Shown here piece by piece: positions 27,809-36,081 of a stretch of DNA of 49,879 nt (within the stretch, counting starts at the first letter, position 1; each line of letters begins with the position of its first letter). Below the pieces are notes generated by a model that saw only the letters and a list, made by a program, of their open reading frames with translations, did not search any database and was not told where the DNA came from. The translations under genes and the position numbers were made by a program. The stretch comes from an uncultured Bacilli bacterium. Its GTDB lineage: Bacteria > Bacillota_I > Bacilli_A > RF39 > UBA660. Where the stretch lies: positions 1 to 49,879 of the forward strand of contig CANRLI010000002.1 in NCBI GenBank assembly GCA_947631475.1, given 5' to 3'.

Positions 27809-28988
27809 CGGCAATATTGTCTATGGCTGGTAGACCTTCATGAATGATATATTCTAATGTAGCTCCACCGCCTGTTGAAAGATAGGTAAACTTATCGGCT
27901 AATTTAAAATATTTAACAGCACTAACCCCATCACCACCACCAACAATTTTGATGGCTTTACTATTTACTATATTATTTAATAATTCACGAGTCCCAGTGG
28001 CAAACCTCATATCTTCGTATTTACCAGCAGTACCATTTACAAAGATTGTTTTAGATGAATCTATAACTTCTTTATATTTATTTATAGTTTTCATTCCAAT
28101 ATCATAAATAATGTCATCTTGTTCTATTTTGTCAATATTAACATGTTCAACAAAAGATTCTATGTAATCGCGACCTATTATGGCATCAACAGGTAACATT
28201 ATTTTATCTTTATATTGGACTAATAGCTCTTTTATTTTGGCTAGAATTTCTTGGTTGTCGGTTTTGAGAGAGCTACCAACGTTAAAGCCAAGAGTAGCTA
28301 AACAAGAATTGGCAATAGCCCCCGTTATAAGAAGATAATCACAACGAGGAAGTAAAGATTCAATAAGTTCTATTTTGTCTTCTACTTTGGCCCCACCCAT
28401 TACGATAGTAAATGGTTTTTCGGCATTTAGAATATATTGATCTAACATTTCCATTTCATGTTGGACTAAAAAACCAATACAACTAGGAATATATTTAGCA
28501 ACGCCATAAGTTGAAGCGTGTTTACGATGCGCAGAGCCGAATGCATCAAGACAAAAAATATCAGCTAGGCCAGCCCAATACATAGCTAGCTGAGCATCAT
28601 TTGAGCTTTCTAATTTATCAGGAACATCTTCAAAGCGAGTATTTTCTAAAACTAAGATGTCACCAGGATTCATCTGTTCAATTTTTGCTTCTAAGTAAAG
28701 ACTACGTGGTTGTTTTGAAAAAATCACCTTAGATTTAACAAGATTTTGAAGATGTTCGGCAACTATAGCTAAAGAATTATTTATTTTATCCTCTTCCGTT
28801 TTTACTTTACCAAAGTGAGATAAAATAATTATTTTAGCTTTTTTTTCAATTAAATATTCAATGGTATTTAAAGAAGCTATTATTTTGCTATCGTCTAAAA
28901 TACGACCATCTTTTACGGGGACGTTGAAGTCGCAACGTAATAAGACTTTTTTATTTGTTACATCTACGTCTTGGATTCTTTTTTTCAT
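27801..28988 (-). CDS. pgk: phosphoglycerate kinase
   Basis: 395 aa. LLRCDFNVP, ILSHFGK, FGSAHRKHAST, and the C-terminal STGGGATLEY. Confidence 0.95.
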   Translation of the reverse strand: MKKRIQDVDVTNKKVLLRCDFNVPVKDGRILDDSKIIASLNTIEYLIEKKAKIIILSHFGKVKTEEDKINNSLAIVAEHLQNLVKSKVIFSKQPRSLYLEAKIEQMNPGDILVLENTRFEDVPDKLESSNDAQLAMYWAGLADIFCLDAFGSAHRKHASTYGVAKYIPSCIGFLVQHEMEMLDQYILNAEKPFTIVMGGAKVEDKIELIESLLPRCDYLLITGAIANSCLATLGFNVGSSLKTDNQEILAKIKELLVQYKDKIMLPVDAIIGRDYIESFVEHVNIDKIEQDDIIYDIGMKTINKYKEVIDSSKTIFVNGTAGKYEDMRFATGTRELLNNIVNSKAIKIVGGGDGVSAVKYFKLADKFTYLSTGGGATLEYIIHEGLPAIDNIADA

Positions 28989-29004
28989 ACCATCACCATT
29001 TTCT

Positions 29005-29033
29005 ATTATAAAATATCAGTTTTTTATGTTCAA
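29005..29033 (-). promoter_or_regulatory. sigma-A type promoter upstream of pgk
   Basis: -35 TTGAAC (29028-29033), 17-nt spacer, -10 TATAAT (29005-29010). Confidence 0.55.
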
Positions 29034-29054
29034 TTTTAAATATTTAGGTTTACA

Positions 29055-29078
29055 GAAAAAAGTGTCTATCCGACACTT
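29055..29078 (-). terminator. intrinsic terminator or attenuator immediately after gap
   Basis: The minus-strand RNA reads AAGUGUC-GGAUA-GACACUU followed by UUUUC. It starts 2 nt after the gap stop. Confidence 0.6.
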
Positions 29079-29079
29079 A

Positions 29080-30090
29080 TTATTTGATGTTAAATAATTT
29101 TTTAGCAGTACGCATCATTTGAGCTGTATAGCCCATTTCGTTGTCATACCATGCAACTATTTTAACTAATTGTTTATCTTCGCTTTCTAAGACGCTAGTT
29201 AAAAGGCCATCAACGGTTGCACCAACTTTTTTACCTAAAATATCACTAGATACTATAGGATCCATTGTAAATTTAAGAGTTTCATTTTGATTGTTAATAA
29301 ACAGATTGTTGATTTCTTCAACAGTGGTATTTCTACTCAGTTCTAAGGTTACGTCAATAACTGAACCATCTGAGACTGGAACACGAAAAGCATTACCATC
29401 CATTTTACCTTTTAATTCAGGGATTACTAAACCAATAGCACTAGCAGCTCCTGTTGAGGCAGGGACAATATTCATAGCACAAGCGCGGCCACGACGAGCT
29501 TTAATTCCTTTATTGTGAGGAATGTCAAGGGTTGCTTGATCGTTGGTATAAGCGTGAACGGTAGTCATATACCCTTTTTCTATACCTATATTGTCTTGAA
29601 TAACTTTTAATACTGGCGCTAAACAGTTAGTCGTACAAGAAGCTGCTGAAATAACTGTTTCAGTGCCATCAAGTGTATCAGAATTAACATTATATACGAT
29701 AGTTTTCATATCGCCTTTACCTGGGGCAGATATGATTACTTTTTTTGCTCCAGCCTCAATATGCTTCCTGGCGTCTTCCAAGCTTGTAAAATGACCAGTA
29801 CATTCTAATACTACATCAACATCAAGTTCATCCCATGGTAAATTAGAAGGGTCTTTTTCTGAATAAACTTTAATTCTTTTAGTACCCTTAATGACGATTT
29901 CATCGCCATCAAAATCGATGATGTTTTCATGAAATGAACGATGATTAGTATCATACTTTAATAGATATGCTAGAGTTTCAGCATCTGTTAAATCATTAAT
30001 TGCTACGACATCGAAGTCACTGCCTGTAACCATTTCACGAAAAGCTAAACGACCAATACGGCCAAATCCATTAATTGCTACTTTTATCAT
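29080..30090 (-). CDS. gap: type I glyceraldehyde-3-phosphate dehydrogenase
   Basis: 336 aa. INGFGRIGR, active site SAASCTTNCLAP, WYDNEMGY. Confidence 0.96.
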   Translation of the reverse strand: MIKVAINGFGRIGRLAFREMVTGSDFDVVAINDLTDAETLAYLLKYDTNHRSFHENIIDFDGDEIVIKGTKRIKVYSEKDPSNLPWDELDVDVVLECTGHFTSLEDARKHIEAGAKKVIISAPGKGDMKTIVYNVNSDTLDGTETVISAASCTTNCLAPVLKVIQDNIGIEKGYMTTVHAYTNDQATLDIPHNKGIKARRGRACAMNIVPASTGAASAIGLVIPELKGKMDGNAFRVPVSDGSVIDVTLELSRNTTVEEINNLFINNQNETLKFTMDPIVSSDILGKKVGATVDGLLTSVLESEDKQLVKIVAWYDNEMGYTAQMMRTAKKLFNIK

Positions 30091-30119
30091 TTTTATTATC
30101 CTCTTTCTTTTTTCTAATA

Positions 30120-31790
30120 TTAATTATAATTTTCAAAGACACTTTTGCCTATAAATTCTCTTAAAATTGATTCATCTGGAACATAATCAGATGGAATTGG
30201 AAAAAATCCTTTTAAAAAGTTGATTAACCGCCTAGCTTCATTATAAGCACTAGAATTACTTTTAACAGAATATAGTAACGGCTCAACGTATACTTTTAAG
30301 ACACCTACTTCATAAACTAAAGATGTATTTAAAATGGTGTCTACTTTATTTATATAAGGAAAAATATAATTAGATTCCCCATTTCTTACAGTATTCCAAT
30401 AATCTATTGTTTCACCGACATCAGTAGCTCTAGTACGATTATCTCGGACTATTCTACGTAATAATCTTAAATCTGTTGTAGAAATATAGTTATGTCGATC
30501 AATATTAATTGGGATAAATGGACTTAAATAAACTTTATATTTTAGTTTGGTATCTAAATCAGGAGTCATCGCATCATTTATGCAATGTAATCCTTCCATT
30601 AATATGATAGCATCTGTACCTAATTTAATTGGTTCATTTTTATATTCTTTTTCCCCTGTTGCAAAATTATAGCTTGGTAGTGAGACTTTTTTACCATCGA
30701 TTAATTCCTTAATATGTTTATTTAGTAATTTAATATCCAAAGCTTCTAAACTTTCAACATTAAAGTTGCCATTTTTATCTTTTTTGATGTCCTTATGATC
30801 TTTATAATAATTATCAACTGATACTACGAGAACTTCATAACCGCGACTTTGAAGATGTTGAGCTATTTTCTTAGTTGTGGTTGTCTTGCCTGATGAAGAA
30901 GGACCGGCTAGTAAAACATAACGGGACTTTTTATTTATAATGTCATCGACAAGATTATGAATACGATTATTAAAATCAATCTCAGCTATTTTAATAAAGT
31001 TTTCAATACGACAATCCGAAATTATCTTGTTTAAGTCTGAAATAAATGGAACATCTAAATTTTTTATCCAATTTTTAGATTCTTCAAAACATTTGATTAC
31101 ATTTTGATAGTGAATATATTCAGGAACTTTATATTTACTAGTTGGAGAAGGAAACAATAATACTAGTTTGTTATCTTTAAGATAAACTAAGTCATACTTG
31201 TTTAAACAACCTGTTGAATAAGGCAAATCATTATAAAAATAATTAATATAAGATCTTAACTTATGAACTGTCACGATATTATTAGTTAAATTATGAATAT
31301 TTTGAGCTTTTTCAGTAGCTTTAACTTTATTATAGTAATTAATAGCTTCATTTTTTTCGACGTTTAAATCATATATCCTCTCATCATTAGAAATTATTTC
31401 ATTCATCTTGATTTTAAGTTTTTTTGCATCATTTAAAGTAAATTTTTTATCTGAAATTATAGTCATATGAAGACCATTAGCTATGGAGTGATCAAAAGTA
31501 ACTTCATAATCTTCACCAAAGGCTTCTTTTAAAGCAACTACAATAACAAATTCAAGACCGCCTTTATTAATTTTGTAACCATTTTGCGTTGTATAATCAA
31601 TAAAGTTTAACTTAGTATTTCTCATTATACGAGTATCCATAGTTACAGTCTCATTATCAATTTCAACGCCAACAATACGGTTATTCATTTTAGGTTGATA
31701 TAATTTACTCAATTCATAGATTGTAGTTCCTTTTTCTACTTCTATAACTGTGCCATCATTAAAAGTGACATTAGCTCTATTTGCTGCCAT
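30120..31790 (-). CDS. TGS-domain / uridine-kinase-like (PRK family) P-loop nucleoside kinase
   Basis: 556 aa. The N-terminus has a ThrRS-like TGS pattern (VTFNDGTVIEVEKGTTIYEL). Walker A is GPSSSGKTTT at about aa 300. RBS AAAGGGTG. It ends 29 nt before the gap start. Confidence 0.75.
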   Translation of the reverse strand: MAANRANVTFNDGTVIEVEKGTTIYELSKLYQPKMNNRIVGVEIDNETVTMDTRIMRNTKLNFIDYTTQNGYKINKGGLEFVIVVALKEAFGEDYEVTFDHSIANGLHMTIISDKKFTLNDAKKLKIKMNEIISNDERIYDLNVEKNEAINYYNKVKATEKAQNIHNLTNNIVTVHKLRSYINYFYNDLPYSTGCLNKYDLVYLKDNKLVLLFPSPTSKYKVPEYIHYQNVIKCFEESKNWIKNLDVPFISDLNKIISDCRIENFIKIAEIDFNNRIHNLVDDIINKKSRYVLLAGPSSSGKTTTTKKIAQHLQSRGYEVLVVSVDNYYKDHKDIKKDKNGNFNVESLEALDIKLLNKHIKELIDGKKVSLPSYNFATGEKEYKNEPIKLGTDAIILMEGLHCINDAMTPDLDTKLKYKVYLSPFIPINIDRHNYISTTDLRLLRRIVRDNRTRATDVGETIDYWNTVRNGESNYIFPYINKVDTILNTSLVYEVGVLKVYVEPLLYSVKSNSSAYNEARRLINFLKGFFPIPSDYVPDESILREFIGKSVFENYN

Positions 31791-31926
31791 TTAATACACC
31801 CTTTCGTATTCTAAAATTATTATACAATAAAATTAGTTCTTTTGGTATATAATTTATTTTAATAGTATTTGATATATTCCATCGATAAAGATGAATATGA
31901 TATAATTTATGTAATAGAGGTGTTTT

Positions 31927-33318
31927 ATGCAAAAAAAGGCATTAAAATGGGGAAGAATAATTATTATTTTATTATTGGTTTTATTAATTTTGTGTTTAAT
32001 TGTGGCTAATTTTAAAACCGCTCCTTTTATTACAAATATCGAAGTTACTGAAAGTAAAAGATTTGATAATCAGGTTATCTTTAATGTTGAAGTAGGTAAT
32101 TATTTCTTTAAACTTGATAAAACAACATGGTGTTTACTAACTAATAGTGGACAACAACCAGATAGTAGTGATGAAGGTTGGATTAAAGCAGCCAATGGAT
32201 ACTGTAGTTTTACGATAGAAAATGGGGATTATGATGTTTTTGTCAAAGATAAATATGGCAATATTAATAATGTTAAAAATCAAAAAGTAAAAATAAATAA
32301 AGTTTTAGAAATAAAGACTAATAAAGACTCTTTATATATGTATAAAGGAATGACAGAAAATTTAAAGTATGAATTAGTGACAATTGGAGATGTTAATGAT
32401 ATTGTTGCTTGGACAAGCGAAGATGACAAAATAGCTAGTGTAGATCAAAATGGTTTAGTCAAAGCTAATGATTATGGTACGACAAAAATTATGGTAACAA
32501 CAAACTCAGGAATTAAGAAAAGTGTTACAGTCTATGTACCGGATTTTATAACTAAGCCGGTTATTAATTTTAATAAAAACTACGTATCTTGTGGGCAATT
32601 TAATAAAGAAGAAGCTAATTTAATAGATCAAACGTTATTGGATCGAATTAATGATGCGGGATACCAAACAAGAGCAGCAGTAATTGAAGCAGCCAGATTT
32701 TTAACTTTAGAATTCAATTATCGTATTCATTATTTTTCAGAAAACGGTAGGTTGAATAATTATGAACCATATAAGCATGTTGATGGTGAAGGAAGATTTT
32801 ATCATAAGGGTTTATATTTAAACGAAGAAAAATATGCACAATTGGAAGCTGGAGCGTCATTAGTAGGGCCAGCCACCTGGGGGTGTGAAATTCCAATGTT
32901 TGTTAATCTTCCCCAATATACTTATGGTAATAAATATCCTAATGGACTAGATTGTTCTGGTTTTGTTACATGGGTATTACTAAATGCGGGCTTTGATGTA
33001 GGAGATATTGGGGCAGGAGAAAATCCGACGCAATTTGATTTGGATGATTTAGGAACAAAGGTAAAAATAAGTAAAGAATTACTAGAATCTGATAGAGTAA
33101 AAGTTGGAGATCTCATTGGTAATAATGGACATATGGCTGTATTAGCAGGAAAAGATGAAAACAATTATTATATTGCTGAATCATTAAATACAACAGCTGG
33201 AGTAGTGATGACAACTATATCTAAAAGTAAGCTTTTAACTAGTACGCTATATAAACATATCATTTTGATGGACGATGTATATAAAAAGGATGGAAATTAC
33301 TCCGAAATGTGGAATTAA
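31927..33318 (+). CDS. membrane-anchored cell-wall hydrolase: Big_2-like Ig domain plus C-terminal NlpC/P60-type cysteine peptidase
   Basis: N-terminal TM segment. The Big_2-like segment reads AWTSEDDKIASVDQNGLVKANDYGTTKIMV. The catalytic motif is GLDCSGFVTWVL, with a downstream GHMAVLAG. RBS AGAGGTG. Confidence 0.75.
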   Translation: MQKKALKWGRIIIILLLVLLILCLIVANFKTAPFITNIEVTESKRFDNQVIFNVEVGNYFFKLDKTTWCLLTNSGQQPDSSDEGWIKAANGYCSFTIENGDYDVFVKDKYGNINNVKNQKVKINKVLEIKTNKDSLYMYKGMTENLKYELVTIGDVNDIVAWTSEDDKIASVDQNGLVKANDYGTTKIMVTTNSGIKKSVTVYVPDFITKPVINFNKNYVSCGQFNKEEANLIDQTLLDRINDAGYQTRAAVIEAARFLTLEFNYRIHYFSENGRLNNYEPYKHVDGEGRFYHKGLYLNEEKYAQLEAGASLVGPATWGCEIPMFVNLPQYTYGNKYPNGLDCSGFVTWVLLNAGFDVGDIGAGENPTQFDLDDLGTKVKISKELLESDRVKVGDLIGNNGHMAVLAGKDENNYYIAESLNTTAGVVMTTISKSKLLTSTLYKHIILMDDVYKKDGNYSEMWN

Positions 33319-33339
33319 TTATAATATTTGATTGGATGA

Positions 33340-33368
33340 TTGATAAATTTTGACAAATTTTATATAAT
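33340..33368 (+). promoter_or_regulatory. sigma-A type promoter of the 516-aa orphan gene
   Basis: -35 TTGATA (33340-33345), 17-nt spacer, -10 TATAAT (33363-33368). Confidence 0.5.
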
Positions 33369-33403
33369 TATATGTAGAGGATAAATGTGAAAGGAGAATA
33401 TAT

Positions 33404-34954
33404 ATGGGCTTGCTAAAATTTTTTACTGTAAAAAATGACAATGCTGATACAATAACGAAATCAAACGCTAATAATGATTATGCAAACATAAATTCTCCTT
33501 TTGCTGAACAAGTTAAATTATTGGGTGAACAGCTTGGAAAGATAGAAGGATATCTTATTCCAGGCTATGGCCCATTAGAAATTGAGAGATTTAAAAAAAG
33601 AATTAAACCAAGCTGGTCTTTAGAAGATATTCAAAAAGAATATGAATCATTAGTTAATTATTTTAAAGAAGAATGTAATTTAACAGCAAATATGATTCAA
33701 AGAGTTGAAGAAAGTGATAATTCCTTAACAAAAGATTTAATTATAAATGGATACTTATTACGATTGAAACAACATTTAGGTTTTAACATTGCAAATAAAG
33801 AGCGTATTGATGAATTAGTAACGGTTGCAAGACAAGTTGAGACACCTCAAGAAGATATTGATGAATTTATAAAAATGGCCAAGAAGTGCTCTTCTTCAGA
33901 AATGATTGACACTTACTTTTATAATATTTTACCAGCTTTAGAGCCAAATATAAGTCATAGTGATGCTCCAGTTACAATTACGCAAATTGAAAATACTGAT
34001 CTTTTAGCTAATGATAAAGAAATAAGTGTTGAGGCAGATGGCGAAGAAAAGATGCCAGTAACTTATACGAGTGAATCTTTAGGAATAGAATATGTTGAAG
34101 ATTTAGAAAAATTAGGTTATGGTCCTTTGGCAATCAAAAAATTTAAAAATCTAATTAAAAATGCTGATTTAGAAGAAATAAAAAAAGAATATAATGTTTT
34201 TTTAGCACATTTAAATCAACAAAAAGATATATTTGAAAAAGTATTAGTGAAAATTAAAAATGGCGAATTGTCCAAAAATAAACAACGATTAGCTTTTCTC
34301 CTAAATATTCCACAAGATACTTTTAAAGCTAAAATGGCTAAATTAGAAAAAAATTTGTTAATTTTACAATATAAAGAAGAAATTGGCTATAAAATTGATT
34401 ATAAAAGAAAGTTTACAATTTTTTCAACTATTTTAAAATTAATGGGATATTCTGAACAAGCTATTCAAGACTTTGTGGCAAAGGTTTCTTTAGTAGTTAA
34501 AAAAGCAAGGGACGAGCATAAGTCTGTTGAAGAAATGGCTGCCGATGTTGATGCGACTTTTAGAGATGAAATTAAAAGAATCGAAAGTCGTGCTGAGCTG
34601 TATTTCTTATATTATGAGGATAATTATAATAAAATAAAACATGACAATACAGATGATGTAGCGCAAATTAAAGAGTTAAAACAATTATTAAATGATATTG
34701 TTTATATGATAGGTTTGCCTGAACCTGCTTTACAAAACTATTATAAAGAAAAAGATAAAGCTATGATTGAAAAATTGTGGCAAGAAGAACTTAAAAAAGG
34801 TCTATATTATACGGCATCAGAAAAGGAAAGAGCATATAAATTAATTGAAAAGAAATATGCAAATTCTTTTGAAAATACTTTAAACGCTTTAAATAATAAA
34901 GGAAATCCTTTGAATAAAACTTCCTTTGGGGATTCATCTTTTGGACTAAACTAA
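33404..34954 (+). CDS. hypothetical soluble protein with an internal two-fold duplication
   Basis: 516 aa. RBS AAAGGAG. No TM segment or signal peptide. The module G-Y-G-P-L-x-I-x-x-F-K-x-x-I-K...E-[DE]-I-[QK]-KEY occurs at about aa 54 and about aa 238. No family recognised. Confidence 0.75.
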   Translation: MGLLKFFTVKNDNADTITKSNANNDYANINSPFAEQVKLLGEQLGKIEGYLIPGYGPLEIERFKKRIKPSWSLEDIQKEYESLVNYFKEECNLTANMIQRVEESDNSLTKDLIINGYLLRLKQHLGFNIANKERIDELVTVARQVETPQEDIDEFIKMAKKCSSSEMIDTYFYNILPALEPNISHSDAPVTITQIENTDLLANDKEISVEADGEEKMPVTYTSESLGIEYVEDLEKLGYGPLAIKKFKNLIKNADLEEIKKEYNVFLAHLNQQKDIFEKVLVKIKNGELSKNKQRLAFLLNIPQDTFKAKMAKLEKNLLILQYKEEIGYKIDYKRKFTIFSTILKLMGYSEQAIQDFVAKVSLVVKKARDEHKSVEEMAADVDATFRDEIKRIESRAELYFLYYEDNYNKIKHDNTDDVAQIKELKQLLNDIVYMIGLPEPALQNYYKEKDKAMIEKLWQEELKKGLYYTASEKERAYKLIEKKYANSFENTLNALNNKGNPLNKTSFGDSSFGLN

Positions 34955-34976
34955 AAAAACTAAATAGTTTTTTTAG
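34951..34976. terminator. A/T-rich 10-bp hairpin between convergent genes, a weak bidirectional terminator candidate
   Basis: ctaaaaaaac-taaata-gtttttttag spans both stop codons. Confidence 0.35.
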
Positions 34977-35898
34977 TTTGGTCCTTATGTTTTTCTACTA
35001 AATTTCTGACTTTGATAAAATAATGATTAATTCCAGATTTGCCAATTGTCCGACCTGTTTCCGTACTAATTATGTCTGCTAATTCTTGCAAAGATGTTTC
35101 GGGATAACTTTCACGATACTTGATGGCTTCTTGGATATTTTCATCTAGCAAGCCAATTAAATCATTATCTTTGAGATATTTAATATCTTCAATTTGTCTT
35201 AAGCCTGTCTTTAATATTTTTTCTTGATTAGCTATTTCACAATTGTTTAAACGATTGACCATATTTTTATGATCACGATATATTCTAATGTCTTCAAAAT
35301 AAAAGAAGTTATTGGTAGCACCAAGTAAACGAATCATATCACTAATCATTTCAGCACTTTTAATATATATCATATAATGATTACTTCTTTTTAAAACTTT
35401 AGCACTAATATTAAAATCTTTAAGAATGTTGGCGATAAATTCGCCTTCTTTTTTAGTGTTAGAAGTAAATTCTAGGTGATAACCGGCTGTGCGAGGGTCA
35501 TTGATACTTCCGCAAGCCAAAAAAGCACCTTTTAAAAAAGATATTTTTTCTTCCTCAGAACTCAAAAAATATTCTTCTGGTAATGTTTTTTTACCATCTT
35601 TTAAAATATTTAAAGTTTCAAGAATCAATTCAGCTTTATCATTTATTTCTAAAATATAGATCTTTTTGACACGAAAACGTTTCTGATTTCTAATGGTTAT
35701 TTTGATATTAACACCAAAATTGCTTTTAATATCTTTATAAATGCGACGGGCTACACTAGCGTTTTCCATTGTAAGAACAATTTTATTTTTTTTAATTTGA
35801 GCAGATAATCTTATGAAAGAGGATAATTCTACTAAAGATTCTAATTGGGAAATATCATTTTTAGTAATTTCTTCTTTAATTTTGGTAGTAAATGTCAT
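34960..35898 (-). CDS. whiA: DNA-binding protein WhiA
   Basis: 312 aa. The N-terminal FTTKIKEEI is typical. LAGLIDADG-like repeats are degenerate (LKGAFLACGS). The C-terminal HTH reads ...TIGKSGINHYFIKVRNL. Confidence 0.9.
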   Translation of the reverse strand: MTFTTKIKEEITKNDISQLESLVELSSFIRLSAQIKKNKIVLTMENASVARRIYKDIKSNFGVNIKITIRNQKRFRVKKIYILEINDKAELILETLNILKDGKKTLPEEYFLSSEEEKISFLKGAFLACGSINDPRTAGYHLEFTSNTKKEGEFIANILKDFNISAKVLKRSNHYMIYIKSAEMISDMIRLLGATNNFFYFEDIRIYRDHKNMVNRLNNCEIANQEKILKTGLRQIEDIKYLKDNDLIGLLDENIQEAIKYRESYPETSLQELADIISTETGRTIGKSGINHYFIKVRNLVEKHKDQTKKTI

Positions 35899-36054
35899 AA
35901 TATGTTCCTCTTATCAATATTTAAATCTATGCTTATCAATTTAAAACAATTGTTTTGTAAGTAAGGATAAATCTTTTTCATAAGTAATGCTCCGTTCTTT
36001 CAATATAATAACATAATTAAGTATTTAATTAAATAATAGGTAATTATATATAGT

Positions 36055-36081
36055 AAAAAAGAGTTTCAATATGAAGCTCTT
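36055..36081 (-). terminator. intrinsic terminator of the ftsEX-M23 operon
   Basis: The minus-strand RNA reads AAGAGCUUC-AUAUU-GAAACUCUU followed by UUUU, directly after the stop codon. Confidence 0.55.
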
